From assembly GCA_035315185.1 (NCBI GenBank), contig DATFYE010000002.1, forward strand, positions 11,249 through 75,248: DNA of 64,000 nucleotides. Direction: 5' to 3'. This DNA comes from Syntrophorhabdales bacterium. GTDB taxonomy: Bacteria > Desulfobacterota > Syntrophorhabdia > Syntrophorhabdales > WCHB1-27. The translations under genes and the position numbers were made by a program. Every line of letters starts with the position of its first letter. Within the stretch, counting starts at the first letter, position 1. The notes beneath the pieces are model-generated. The model had not been told where the DNA came from and searched no databases. It was given only the letters and a program-made list of their open reading frames with translations. Below, piece by piece: positions 26,956-36,754 of this stretch.

Positions 26956-28065
26956 TAGAAGACATAAGAAGCCGCATAGAAGCTCTTCAGCAGAGAATGG
27001 AAACTCTCAGAGGGTATCTTTGACCTCCCTACTACGCGAAAAAAGATAGAGGAATGCGATAACACCATAGCCAGGCCTGATTTCTGGGAGGACCAGGAAA
27101 AGGCTCAGACGATGCTTAAGGAGCGTGCACGTCTCCAGGCCGAGGCCGAGGCGTGGGAGGCTAAAGAGAAGGAGCTTGAGGAAATCTCCATCCTCCAGGA
27201 CATCGTCAAGGAAACAAGCGACCCACAGGACGCTGCGGAGCTTGCGGCGAGGGTCGACGGACTCGACAAGCTTCTCGGCCGCTATGAGATAGAACGCATG
27301 CTTGGCGGAGAGACCGATAAGGAGAACGCGATAGTCTATATTAATGCGGGTGCGGGCGGCACTGAGGCACAGGATTGGGCGGAAATGCTCTTCAGAATGT
27401 ACCTCATGTGGTCCGAGAAAAAGGGCTTCGATACACAGGTGGTCGACATCCTGCCGGGGGAAGAGGCAGGCATAAAGAATGTCACGTTCATCGTCTCTGG
27501 CCCCTATGCTTACGGATACCTGAAATGCGAATCGGGTATCCATCGCCTGGTGCGCGTCTCCCCCTTTGATGCGAACAACAGGAGGCACACCTCGTTTGCC
27601 TCTGTGTATGCGTACCCCGAGCTTCCCGAGAACGTGCAGGTTGACATCAAAGAAGAAGACCTCAGGATAGATACCTTCAGGTCGAGCGGTCCCGGAGGCC
27701 AGCACGTGAACAGGACCGAATCGGCTATTCGTATCACCCACATTCCTTCGGGTATCGTGGTACAGTGCCAGAACGAAAGGTCGCAGCACAAGAACAAGGC
27801 GATCGCGATGGCTATCCTGAAGTCGAGGCTGCACGAGCTGGAAAAGAGAAAACAGGAAGAGAAGATGGCTACCCTGAATAAAGAGAAGAAGGAGATAGCG
27901 TGGGGCAGTCAGATCCGTTCCTACATACTTCATCCCTACAAACTGGTCAAAGATCACAGGACCAAGGTCGAGGAGCATAATGCGGAGAGCGTACTGAACG
28001 GAGAGCTTGACCCGTTTATGAATGCGTGCCTTTTGTACTTGACTTTTGAGCAGAAAAGCGATTAA
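26952..28065 (+). CDS. prfB: Peptide chain release factor 2, expressed through a programmed +1 frameshift (26952..27020 joined to 27022..28065)
   Basis: Frame 0: GTG 26952 ...RMETLRGYL then in-frame TGA at 27021. The +1 frame continues DLPTTRKKIEECDNTIARPDFWEDQEKAQ. SPF (RVSPFD) and GGQ (SGPGGQHVN) motifs. Confidence 0.9.
27009..27024 (+). promoter_or_regulatory. prfB +1 frameshift site (SD-like AGAGGG, then TAT CTT TGA C)
   Basis: AGAGGGTATCTTTGAC matches the canonical RF2 autoregulatory slippery CTT-TGA-C context. Confidence 0.9.
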
Positions 28066-28075
28066 TTACTAAGAA

Positions 28076-28312
28076 ATGGAAGGACTTTTCGGCGATAACA
28101 AACTTGGAGAATTGGAGGAAAAAATAGATGCGCTTGTGGCAAGTTACAGGGGCATCAAAGGCGAAAAGGAGAAGCTGGCAGCCAGGATTGGCTCTTTGGA
28201 AGTAGAGAATCGGGAATTGAAGCAGAAGATGGCGGAGATTCAGAGTGAAAAAGAGATTGTCATGCGCAAAGTGAAAAGCATTCTGGAGAAAGTGGAGAAG
28301 ATAGAAGGGTGA
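28076..28312 (+). CDS. Small coiled-coil protein, ZapB-like
   Basis: 78 aa, heptad-rich (LEEKIDALVASYRGIKGEKEKLAARIGSLEVENRELKQKMAEIQ). ATGA overlap with zapA. Confidence 0.5.
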   Translation: MEGLFGDNKLGELEEKIDALVASYRGIKGEKEKLAARIGSLEVENRELKQKMAEIQSEKEIVMRKVKSILEKVEKIEG

Positions 28313-28635
28313 TGGGTAAGCAGGACGGACAGGACCGGAAGGGCAGAAAGGTTGAGGTAAACATCCTGAACCAGGTCTACACGTTTGTGGGAGAAGATGA
28401 GCAGCAGATTGTTAGGGCGGCGGAGTTTGTAGACGCTAGAATAAGAGATGTTATAAAAGATTACAGCATCGTCAATACTTTGAACGCTATGATGATGGCC
28501 ATGATGCGAATTGCAGCTGAGTATCTGGAAGCGAAAGACAAAGTAGAAAGAGTGGAAGATCATACGCTGAGGCTCTTGCAGAAAGTTGAAGAGTTCGATG
28601 TACCCTGCGGTGTACGTGATAGATGGCAAACTTAG
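28309..28635 (+). CDS. zapA: Cell division protein ZapA
   Basis: 108 aa. VEVNILNQVYTFVGEDEQQIVRAAEFVDARIRDV...NTLNAMMMAMMRIAAEYLE fits the ZapA pattern. Confidence 0.8.
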   Translation: MMGKQDGQDRKGRKVEVNILNQVYTFVGEDEQQIVRAAEFVDARIRDVIKDYSIVNTLNAMMMAMMRIAAEYLEAKDKVERVEDHTLRLLQKVEEFDVPCGVRDRWQT

Positions 28636-28800
28636 AGCCAACACCTCAGAACCGGGAGCTTTCTCTAGTCGCCGTGCGCAGACCCGCCTTGTGCGGGCAG
28701 CCTGACGCGACAACGAGGCACCCACTTTGCTTGAGAGGTTCAAGAATTGCTGTTTACACGGCATCGCGGGGCTCATTTAGTAGGGGTAGTGTTGAGGAAA
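28636..28800 (+). ncRNA. Candidate 6S RNA (ssrS-like)
   Basis: 260-nt gene-free gap after zapA. Distal complementarity CCAACAC/GUGUUG, GAGC/GCUC, GCCGUG/CACGGC. Internal hairpins CCCGC-CUUGU-GCGGG and CUUGA-GAGGU-UCAAG. GGUUCAAG...ACGGCAUC resembles the 3' half of E. coli 6S. Confidence 0.45.
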
Positions 28801-28897
28801 ACGAACGTTGACATAAATAGTTCAAGCGTCGTATGGGGGCTTCAGACATAGGTTGTCTACCATAACGTAACCGGCTACGTTTCCTCGTACTACCCCC

Positions 28898-30484
28898 TTG
28901 CAAGTCGTGCGGAAGGGGGTGCTATTGAATACAATCCTTATAATCGAGATCAGTGTCGTCTGCATTGTGGGCCTCTGTTTAGGCTACGTTGTTGCCTCAT
29001 TGGTCCAGCGCAAGAAGGTAGGGGAATACGAATCGATTGGCAAGAAGATCCTGGATGATGCAAAAAAAGAGGCTGATGTGCTCAAAAGAGAGGCATCGGT
29101 GCAGGCCAAGGACACGGTCCTTCAGGCCAGGAATGAATTGGAACAGGAGATAAAAAGCAGGCGGGCGGAAATCCAGAGTGTAGAAAAACGGCTTTCACAA
29201 AAGGAATCGAACCTTGACAAGAAAGGTGACCTGCTGGAGAAGAAGGAAGATGATCTGTCAAGGAGGGAACGCGGCATCTCGAACAAAGAGGGGCAGCTGG
29301 AGAACAAGATAAAAGAGCACGACTTCCTTATTAAGGAGCAGAGGGTCAGGCTGGAGAAGATATCAGGGCTGACAACAGAAGAAGCAAAAAAGATGCTGCT
29401 CCAGACGCTGGAAGACGAGGCCCGGTATGAGGCTGTGAAACTGGCTAAAAAAATCGAGGAAGATGCGCGGGAAAAGGCGGACAAAAAGGCGAAGGAGATC
29501 ATTGCGTTAGCGATTCAACGTTATGCCGGTGAGTACGTGGCCGAGGACGCCGTATCCGTAGTTTCGCTTCCCAACGAAGAGATGAAAGGGCGTATCATCG
29601 GGAGGGAAGGGCGAAACATACGGGCCCTGGAAGCGGCAACGGGCGTGGACATCATCATAGATGATACACCCGAAGCGGTAATTCTCTCCTGTTTTAATCC
29701 GATTCGGCGCGAGGTAGCGCGTACTGCCATAGAACGGCTTATAAGCGACGGCAGAATACACCCGGCACGGATCGAAGAGATAGTCTCTAAAGTCGCTGAA
29801 GAACTGGATGACAAGATCAAGTCGGCGGGCGAGCAGGCCGTTTTTGATGCGGGCGTGCACAACGTTCATCCGGAAGTGGTAAGACTTCTGGGGAGACTGA
29901 AGTTCAGGAGCAGTTATTCTCAGAATGTATACCAGCATTCTCTCGAGGTCGCATTTATCTGTGGAATCATGGCTGGAGAGTTGAAGCTAAACATAGCAGG
30001 GGCAAAGCGTGCCGGTTTGCTGCACGACATCGGCAAGGCCGTTGATCATGAGGTTGAAGGGTCCCATTCTGCTATCGGCGCTGATCTGGCCAAGAAGTAC
30101 GGAGAGAGCGACGAGATTGTCCACTCGATCCTTGCTCACCATGAGGAAGTGCCCATGACGAGCCTCATCGACGTGATTGTCCAGGCAGCAGACGCTTTAT
30201 CAGGGGCAAGACCGGGGGCGCGTAAGGAGATGCTGGAGACTTACATCAAACGATTGGATGAGCTGGAAAAAATCGCGAGCAGTTTCACCGGTGTTGAAAA
30301 ATCATACGCCATTCAGGCGGGCCGTGAAATCCGGATTGTCGTGAGCAGCGATAAGGTTACAGATGACGGAATTTTTGTTTTGTCGAAGGACATCGCGAAG
30401 AAGGTGGAGACGGAGCTCTCCTACCCTGGACAAATCAAGGTGGTCGTTATCCGGGAAACGAGAGCCGTAGATTATGCCAAATGA
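28898..30484 (+). CDS. rny: Ribonuclease Y
   Basis: 528 aa. N-terminal TM helix, long Glu/Lys coiled coil, KH domain ([15 protein letters not shown]), HD domain ([12 protein letters not shown]). TTG 28925 (SD GGAAGGGGG 5 nt upstream) is a likely alternative start. Confidence 0.9.
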   Translation: MQVVRKGVLLNTILIIEISVVCIVGLCLGYVVASLVQRKKVGEYESIGKKILDDAKKEADVLKREASVQAKDTVLQARNELEQEIKSRRAEIQSVEKRLSQKESNLDKKGDLLEKKEDDLSRRERGISNKEGQLENKIKEHDFLIKEQRVRLEKISGLTTEEAKKMLLQTLEDEARYEAVKLAKKIEEDAREKADKKAKEIIALAIQRYAGEYVAEDAVSVVSLPNEEMKGRIIGREGRNIRALEAATGVDIIIDDTPEAVILSCFNPIRREVARTAIERLISDGRIHPARIEEIVSKVAEELDDKIKSAGEQAVFDAGVHNVHPEVVRLLGRLKFRSSYSQNVYQHSLEVAFICGIMAGELKLNIAGAKRAGLLHDIGKAVDHEVEGSHSAIGADLAKKYGESDEIVHSILAHHEEVPMTSLIDVIVQAADALSGARPGARKEMLETYIKRLDELEKIASSFTGVEKSYAIQAGREIRIVVSSDKVTDDGIFVLSKDIAKKVETELSYPGQIKVVVIRETRAVDYAK

Positions 30485-31253
30485 TGCCCTTATCGTTGTT
30501 TTCATAGGTGATGTCATCGGGAAGCCGGGCCGGGAAGCTGCTATCCGGTATCTCAAGGGGGCTCATGCGGACTTCAAAATCATCAACGGTGAGAACCTCG
30601 CAGGCGGCCTCGGTATAACGCCAAGCTTGGCCGAAGAGATGCTCGCAGCCGGTGTCGACGGCATTACAACGGGCAACCACGTCTGGAAAAAGAAGGAAAT
30701 CATCCCCTACCTGATGGGGCAATCCAGGGTGATTCGCCCCCTTAATTACCCTGAGGGGGTGCCCGGTTTCGGCTATACCCTTCTGACGAAAAATGGCAGG
30801 CAGCTTTATGTGGCAAACATAGAAGGACGCACCTTCATGAACCCTTTGATCTGCCCGTTTCGTGCGATGGAAGAGTTCATAACGTTGAAGAGGGAGGGCA
30901 TCCCAGCCATTGTAGATTTTCATGCAGAAGCGACTTCGGAAAAGATTGCGATGGGGTGGTTTCTCGACGGGAAGGTCGCTTCTCTTGTGGGAACGCACAC
31001 GCATGTGCAGACAGCCGATGAGCGTATTTTACCCAAGGGAACTGGTTATATCACCGATGCCGGCATGACAGGGCCCACTAACTCGGTCATAGGCATGGAC
31101 AAGGAAGCCATCCTGGAGCGCTTCCTTACTAATCTGCCGCAGAAATACGAGGTGGCGAGGGGAGACGTAGAAGTCCAGGGCGTGCGTATCACTATCAACC
31201 AGGCCACAAACCTCTGCATCAGCATCGAACGGATCAAGGAGAAAGTAGGTTAG
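30474..31253 (+). CDS. ymdB: YmdB-family metallophosphoesterase (2',3'-cyclic-nucleotide phosphodiesterase type)
   Basis: 259 aa. [50 protein letters not shown]. rny-ymdB adjacency as in Bacillus. Confidence 0.85.
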   Translation: MPNDALIVVFIGDVIGKPGREAAIRYLKGAHADFKIINGENLAGGLGITPSLAEEMLAAGVDGITTGNHVWKKKEIIPYLMGQSRVIRPLNYPEGVPGFGYTLLTKNGRQLYVANIEGRTFMNPLICPFRAMEEFITLKREGIPAIVDFHAEATSEKIAMGWFLDGKVASLVGTHTHVQTADERILPKGTGYITDAGMTGPTNSVIGMDKEAILERFLTNLPQKYEVARGDVEVQGVRITINQATNLCISIERIKEKVG

Positions 31254-31254
31254 A

Positions 31255-32493
31255 GTGGGTATTGGCCGGCGTATTGACCCGGGCATCGAGAAGGAACTGG
31301 AGATCCTGAAACGGGGAATGGTCGATCTCATCAGCGAGAACGAACTCAGGAAAAAGCTTGCTGATGCGCGGGCACAGAAGCGGCCATTGCGTGTGAAGCT
31401 AGGTATGGATCCCACCGCGCCTGACCTTCACCTGGGCCACACTGTCGTGCTTCAGAAACTGAAACAGTTTCAGGAACTCGGCCACGTCGCTATCTTTCTC
31501 ATTGGAGACTTCACAGGTATGATAGGTGATCCGACGGGACGGGTCGAGACGCGGCCGGTGCTGACGAAAGAAGAGTTGATGCAGAACGCGGAAACATACA
31601 AGAAGCAGGTGTTCAAGATCCTTGACCCTGAAGCCACCGAAGTGCGCTTCAACAGTGAGTGGTTCGAGGCCATGAACGCGGCCGACATGATCAGGCTTTG
31701 CGCGCAATACACTGTGGCGAGGATGCTGGAGCGGGAAGATTTCAGAAACCGTTACCAGAACAACCTCCCCGTCAGTGTGCATGAGTTTCTCTATCCGCTG
31801 GTACAGGGGTACGATTCGGTGGCGCTGAAAGCTGACGTGGAGCTGGGGGGTCACGACCAGATTTTCAATCTGCTTGTGGGCAGGGACATCCAGAGGGCCT
31901 ACAGGCAGGAGTCGCAGGTAGTGCTCACGGTGCCGCTCCTTGAGGGCACGGATGGCATTAATAAGATGAGCAAAAGCTACGGCAACTATGTTGGCATAGA
32001 TGAATCGCCTGATGTGATCTTCGGCAAGTTGATGTCTATTTCCGATGAGCTGATGCTCAAGTATTATGAGCTCCTGAGTGATATCGCTCTGGAAGAGCTC
32101 GAGGTGCTGAAACAAGGGATTAGTGCAGGAACGATACACCCCAAGCAGGCAAAGATCAACTTTGCCCACGAGATCGTGAAGCGGTTCCACGGCCCCGAGG
32201 CAGCGCTGCAGGCTGAACGGAATTTCGAGAAGGTATTCAGAGATCGCGAAATACCGGAAGATATCGGAATCGCGAAAATCAGGAAGGGGAGCGATGGAAT
32301 CTGGATCCCGCAGTTGCTTCTCAGCATCGGGATGGTGACGTCCACGTCGGAAGGTAAGCGCATGATCACTCAGGGCGCGGTCAGCATCAACGGCAGCAAG
32401 GTCTCTTCCGAAGACCTCCCGGTTTCGGACATGGGTGAGCTTATAATCAAGGTCGGCAAACGGAAGTTCAAGAAAGTCATCTTCGAACCCTGA
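31255..32493 (+). CDS. tyrS: Tyrosyl-tRNA synthetase
   Basis: 412 aa. HIGH-type [17 protein letters not shown]-terminal S4-like domain ([14 protein letters not shown]). Confidence 0.92.
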   Translation: MGIGRRIDPGIEKELEILKRGMVDLISENELRKKLADARAQKRPLRVKLGMDPTAPDLHLGHTVVLQKLKQFQELGHVAIFLIGDFTGMIGDPTGRVETRPVLTKEELMQNAETYKKQVFKILDPEATEVRFNSEWFEAMNAADMIRLCAQYTVARMLEREDFRNRYQNNLPVSVHEFLYPLVQGYDSVALKADVELGGHDQIFNLLVGRDIQRAYRQESQVVLTVPLLEGTDGINKMSKSYGNYVGIDESPDVIFGKLMSISDELMLKYYELLSDIALEELEVLKQGISAGTIHPKQAKINFAHEIVKRFHGPEAALQAERNFEKVFRDREIPEDIGIAKIRKGSDGIWIPQLLLSIGMVTSTSEGKRMITQGAVSINGSKVSSEDLPVSDMGELIIKVGKRKFKKVIFEP

Positions 32494-32643
32494 AACCAAT
32501 TCGTATTTGCAGGTAATCTCCTTTTATCAACCGAGGTGAATAGTCCGGAGTGAGCGCCCTGTCGGTGCCTTCCGCATAGGGCGCGCGTGGCCGGCTCTTT
32601 CCCCCGTCATCCCGCTTGTCCGCTTCATCGCTTCCTCGCATTT

Positions 32644-32768
32644 ATACCAATTTGCATTCAAGATGGTGACCGAGGCGGCAGCGAGGAGCTGACGCAGGCA
32701 TACTGAGAGTACGTCGAGGAGAGCGACGCAGCGACAACGAAGGTATACACTTGAAGGCGAATTGGTAT
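32644..32768 (+). repeat. Intergenic repeat family, copy B (shortest, no GC-hairpin module)
   Basis: ATACCAATTTGCATTCAAG ... CTTGAAGGCGAATTGGTAT termini. Lies between the convergent tyrS and the third pgs gene and abuts the latter's stop codon. Confidence 0.85.
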
Positions 32769-33904
32769 TAGATCATTGGTTCCGGCGGTCCCACATCCGT
32801 CTGGTGCGGGGCGGCTTGGAGCACACGGAACCCCCAATCTGATCGAGCAAACACGTAAAGACCGAGTATGATCGCCAGCAAAATGGCGCCTGTCAGCCAG
32901 AGGTTATAGCTCTTCTGGTAATAGACGCTTCCTTCTCCTACCTTGGGCATTGTTGTGGGGCTCATAGGCATCCGGTATTGCCTGGCAAGCTCTTTGACTT
33001 CCACAAGATGTATCACGGGTACGCCTTCTTTGAGGAAACGGCGTATCACGGAATCTGTCCTTTGCCCTGCCGGCAGGTCTGAAAAGAGCAGACCCGACTT
33101 GAGAAGCCTCTTAAAAGGCCGTATGCCCGCAGCAGCCCGTCCTCCTCCAACATTCAAATAAACCTTCGGGCGCGCCTTGCTGAAATAGATCGCCATTCGA
33201 TGATCGATGTCTTCGTGAATCGTGGCAGATTTGATTAACGTCAGCCCGTTTCGGTTGATAGCCTGGATAATCTGTTCCCGTCCCTTTTCGGTAAGCTCTG
33301 TTGCCCGATCGTGCTTGCCGCCCATGGATGCTGCCACGGAGCGAAAAGGGAAGATGCCTTTGCCGTTCAAAAAATGCTCCATGTCGATCCAGAGGAAATC
33401 AGAGCTGTTTGCGCCCCACTGGGAAGAGCTTGCCGAAGAGATGATGGTGGGTCTCAAGTGCAGCGTGGTCATAGCCGAGCACGCCGCGATATTGAGGGCC
33501 GGAAAAGAGCCGGAGAAACTGACCGCTACAGGGTCGCCGTCCTTTACCCCTGCTTCTCTTAGCAGCTCGACTACGATCCCCGCGAAATTCGGATTCACCG
33601 AAGTCTGCTTTGCTTCGAGATCACCGGCTTCGCTGGTGACCGAGGTAACGAAAGCGCCGATTAATCCTGAGCCCGTTGGGTCTGCCTGGGGATCGATGGG
33701 GATGCCTCGATCCAGTCGCTCATTCCTGACCAGCTCCATGGCTTCCAGGGTCAGCCTCGAGGCGTCCACTCTCTCCACATAGTGGGGTTTTTTCTTGACA
33801 GTCCGAAAGTGCTCAACAGAAATAAGCCCTCCGATAGCGACGATGGCGATCACCAGGAAGGCGAAGAGAGGCGTGCCCTGCGGTCTCCAATAAATCTTTT
33901 TCAT
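32768..33904 (-). CDS. Membrane-anchored third protein of the poly-gamma-glutamate locus (poly-gamma-glutamate system protein type)
   Basis: 378 aa, TM segments at both ends. ATGA-coupled to pgsC. My recollection of a family always adjacent to PgsB/PgsC is not checkable here. Confidence 0.5.
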   Translation of the reverse strand: MKKIYWRPQGTPLFAFLVIAIVAIGGLISVEHFRTVKKKPHYVERVDASRLTLEAMELVRNERLDRGIPIDPQADPTGSGLIGAFVTSVTSEAGDLEAKQTSVNPNFAGIVVELLREAGVKDGDPVAVSFSGSFPALNIAACSAMTTLHLRPTIISSASSSQWGANSSDFLWIDMEHFLNGKGIFPFRSVAASMGGKHDRATELTEKGREQIIQAINRNGLTLIKSATIHEDIDHRMAIYFSKARPKVYLNVGGGRAAAGIRPFKRLLKSGLLFSDLPAGQRTDSVIRRFLKEGVPVIHLVEVKELARQYRMPMSPTTMPKVGEGSVYYQKSYNLWLTGAILLAIILGLYVFARSDWGFRVLQAAPHQTDVGPPEPMI

Positions 33905-34359
33905 ACGTTCAGCTCCGCACCAAAAATGAGGATGAGGATGAGACGAACAACAACTGAGGCTGTGATAAGGGAACAGAGCGATTCTATGATACCCCGCCTG
34001 TCAAGCCAGATTGCTATCAATCCGGGAACGATGAACCCGATGACCGAGTACTGGATCGCTGCTTCCTCACTCTGGGCGCCGACAAAATAACGCGCAATCA
34101 TGCCCATCAGGTAGCCGGCGAGAATCATCAGAATGGTGCGCCGTCTGCCATAGATGATGATTACGGAACTGAGGGCTCGCACCAGCCCGAATGCAGCAAA
34201 GCCGGCAGCCAGAGTTATGATCACACTCAGAGGCTCTGTCAGGTGAAGGGCGAGATAACCCGGTACAACCAATCCGCCCCCTGCGATTCCGAAAAGCTCC
34301 GAAAGGAAAAGATTCACCGCGAGGCCTATCCCGATCGAGATGGGAAGCAGATCAATCAT
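33901..34359 (-). CDS. pgsC: Poly-gamma-glutamate biosynthesis membrane protein PgsC/CapC
   Basis: 152 aa, polytopic. N-terminus ...LSELFGIAGGGLVVPGYLALHL parallels CapC (...GIVPAGLVVPGYLGL). Confidence 0.8.
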   Translation of the reverse strand: MIDLLPISIGIGLAVNLFLSELFGIAGGGLVVPGYLALHLTEPLSVIITLAAGFAAFGLVRALSSVIIIYGRRRTILMILAGYLMGMIARYFVGAQSEEAAIQYSVIGFIVPGLIAIWLDRRGIIESLCSLITASVVVRLILILIFGAELNV

Positions 34360-35576
34360 ACTACCTCCTTGTGCAAGGTTTCTTTCAAGATACTGCGGTT
34401 GTGGAAAAACCTGACCAGGCTCAACCCCTGTCCCTTTGTATTGCCCATGCCGATCACGAGCGCTGATTTGCCGACTAACTCGACGATCGTTTCAAAGATA
34501 TCACCTTCGCTCTGATGCTCGGCAGACAGAAACTTATCCACGGGGATTCCTTTGGACATGGCAGCTCTCACGAAGAAGTACGTTCCGCTCCCCATCAGAA
34601 GATAATGATCAGCCATAGGCCATCGAACGCAGGCTTCACCGAGCTGACGGGAACGGTCTGGTCGGTCGGTTCTGCAGTTGAAGATGAGAATCCGTTTCTC
34701 AACATCGGGGTGGCGGTCGATGGCCATGTGATAGAGCTGCTCAGAAGACTCAGGGTCGTTCGCCGCAAAGGCGTTCACGAAATAGATGTGGCGCCCGAAG
34801 AACCTGAGATGAGAGATCGTCATGGCACCGGGGTCAGGAACAGCTTTCCACATGCCGCGCAATGCAGTTTTCCGATCGATCCCAACGTCCGCACAAACAC
34901 GGAGCGCCAGGGCAACATTCTCTTTGTGCTCCACGTAAGAGAAAGCTTCCATCTCTTCGTCCGTAATGGCAGCAATCTCGTCAGGGGGCACCGCTATTAA
35001 TTCGCTCTGCCGATCGCGTGTGGCATACCCGAAGGCAGGCAGGTGCCGGTTCTCTGCAGTAAAGAGCTTTGCCCTGAGGGGCGTTGTTCCGGCTAGAGCC
35101 AGTGCCACATCCTTCTCTTCGGGGCCCATCACATCGAGGTGATCGGCGCGGGCATTAGTGATGACTCCATGGGTTGCCTTAAGGAATCGGGACTCACAGA
35201 GCCACTGGAGTTGAGGCTGGAGAGCCATGCATTCGACGACGATCGCTCGCGCTCCGTAGATCGCTGCCGCCGACACAATCCGTACTTGCTCTATCACGTT
35301 TGCACCTGCCGGTCTGAATACCGGGTACTCGGAAGCATCAGGCAGGATCATTCGGGCGAGGGTGCCGGTGGTTTTGGCGCAGGTAACAATACCGCCCTCC
35401 CGCAAGCCTCCGGCGATGAGACGGACGACACTCGACTTGCCACGAGTGCCGTTAACATGGATGCGGATCGGTATCCTGGAAAGGTTGCGGCGGTGGAGCA
35501 AGCCCTCCCTGAGTCCGAACAGGATAAGGATTATGAAAACTATCAGAAGAATGTTTGTACCCAGCATAGGCCTCAA
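34356..35576 (-). CDS. pgsB: Poly-gamma-glutamate synthase PgsB/CapB (Mur-ligase fold)
   Basis: 406 aa. N-terminal TM helix, then the P-loop IHVNGTRGKSSVVRL and the family-typical TCAKTTGT. Confidence 0.85.
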   Translation of the reverse strand: MRPMLGTNILLIVFIILILFGLREGLLHRRNLSRIPIRIHVNGTRGKSSVVRLIAGGLREGGIVTCAKTTGTLARMILPDASEYPVFRPAGANVIEQVRIVSAAAIYGARAIVVECMALQPQLQWLCESRFLKATHGVITNARADHLDVMGPEEKDVALALAGTTPLRAKLFTAENRHLPAFGYATRDRQSELIAVPPDEIAAITDEEMEAFSYVEHKENVALALRVCADVGIDRKTALRGMWKAVPDPGAMTISHLRFFGRHIYFVNAFAANDPESSEQLYHMAIDRHPDVEKRILIFNCRTDRPDRSRQLGEACVRWPMADHYLLMGSGTYFFVRAAMSKGIPVDKFLSAEHQSEGDIFETIVELVGKSALVIGMGNTKGQGLSLVRFFHNRSILKETLHKEVV

Positions 35577-35857
35577 TGCTCGTTCTGCACGATCATAACG
35601 CAGCTTTACCTGTCATGCGCAGACGCCATTCCAATAATTATAACCATCGGGCCTGAAAAGAACAATCAGCAGAGTAATGAAAGAAGTACATACCCCCGAA
35701 GTGTTGGGAGGGCTGATCGAGGAAAGGGCACTTCAATGCGCAGTGCCTTACGACGATGACGGCGCTGATAGCCGAAGCCGAGATGGTACTCTCCGACAAG
35801 TTCAGCGCTTCGCGTTTTTGGGAAGAAATCCGTAAGTACAACGAGAAGGTTGAGGAA

Positions 35858-35883
35858 AAGGACAAAGCCGGTGCCTTGTCCTT
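35858..35883 (-). terminator. Hairpin downstream of pal (weak intrinsic terminator candidate)
   Basis: AAGGACAA-N10-TTGTCCTT. On the minus strand it is followed by only a short U-rich stretch (TTTTCC). Confidence 0.35.
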
Positions 35884-35930
35884 ACCTCAACCTTCGCTTC
35901 AGTCTTTACCTAAACCTTAACCGGTGTTAC

Positions 35931-36467
35931 TTACTGGACCGGTACGAAAGCGTCTCTTCTATTCTGGGCCCAGCATCCCTCGTTGTGGTCTGTACAGACG
36001 GGTCTTTCCTTGCCGTAGCTGATCGTATCGAGCATCTTCGCGTCTACGCCGAGACCGGTGAGGTAATTCTTTGCGGCGTCCGCCCTCTTCTGCCCGAGCG
36101 CCAGGTTGTACTCAACAGTGCCTCTTTCGTCACAATTCCCTTCTATTCTTACCTTGGTCATAGAGTTGGCCTTGAACCAGTCAAGGTTCTTTTTCAGTAT
36201 TTCTGCATCGCCCGGCCTGATGTTGTACCTGTCGAAATCAAAGTAAATGTTGTTGAGGACTGGAGCTGCCATAGGAGGAGGCGGGGGCGGTGGTGCGGGC
36301 GGCATAGGTACTTCCTTCTTCTCCTCCGGGGGCATCATCTTCTGTGCCTCGGGCGGTTTTGGCGGAGGAGCTTCACCCTTCTGGGCCTGTATGAAACAAC
36401 CACAGCCTGCGAGGGAAAACGCCAGGATTAGAGCCAAGAACAACATACCACATCTTTTACCTTTCAT
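35931..36467 (-). CDS. pal: Peptidoglycan-associated lipoprotein (OmpA-C family)
   Basis: 178 aa. Lipobox LAGC, Pro-rich linker, OmpA-like domain IYFDFDRYNIRPGD...VRIEGNCDERGTVEYNLALGQKRA. Confidence 0.85.
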   Translation of the reverse strand: MKGKRCGMLFLALILAFSLAGCGCFIQAQKGEAPPPKPPEAQKMMPPEEKKEVPMPPAPPPPPPPMAAPVLNNIYFDFDRYNIRPGDAEILKKNLDWFKANSMTKVRIEGNCDERGTVEYNLALGQKRADAAKNYLTGLGVDAKMLDTISYGKERPVCTDHNEGCWAQNRRDAFVPVQ

Positions 36468-36754
36468 AACCGTATACCTCCCAAGAATAGAATTTGGATA
36501 ATCGTTGCTGCTTAAATGTAATTAGCATTACCGGCCGCGTCAACCCTCGAGCGACAATTTTTTTTCGGCAGTTTTTTGATCCCGATTTTGTCGCATAAGA
36601 CCAACAGAGTATTGCAGGCGTCTTGTGTGTCATGCATTCGCATGACAGGCCGGCGTTCTGTACCTTGACGTACAAGGCCGGGAGCATTATCTATTATTAG
36701 CAGCTTTTTTAGTGCTATCATGGGATTAACAAGGTCGGCGCAAGGAAAAAGGGG

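Noticed and set aside
27007-27978. Long antisense ORFs:
- 27007..27978 (-), 323 aa
- 31399..32499 (-), 366 aa
- 21768..22703 (-), 311 aa
- 53679..54596 (-), 305 aa
- 50959..51897 (-), 312 aa
- 62905..63879 (-), 324 aa
- 39908..40615 (-), 235 aa
- 4279..4968 (-), 229 aa
   Set aside because: Each lies opposite a gene with unmistakable family motifs (prfB, tyrS, aspS/synthase, helicase, ettA, Mo-hydroxylase, PDZ protein, aldolase). Their translations are Arg/His/Leu/Pro-rich with no motifs, which is typical of shadow ORFs in GC-rich DNA.
35756-35920. 54-codon plus-strand ORF (MTALIAEAEMVLSDKFSASRFWEEIRKYNEKVEEKDKAGALSLPQPSLQSLPKP) between pgsB and pal. The region also has direct repeats CTTACCTCAACCTT / CTTTACCTAAACCTT.
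   Set aside because: The composition is protein-like, but there is no SD, it is below the track cutoff, and it spans the pal terminator hairpin. Evidence is insufficient to call a gene. The short direct repeats have no recognisable function.
36628-36647. The palindrome TGTCATGC-ATTC-GCATGACA in the pal/M16 divergent region. Similar small hairpins were noted at 16441-16465, 44246-44262 and 61517-61532.
   Set aside because: These are real inverted repeats, but short, isolated and without U-tracts or recurring partners. They could be operators or chance events and do not merit separate findings.
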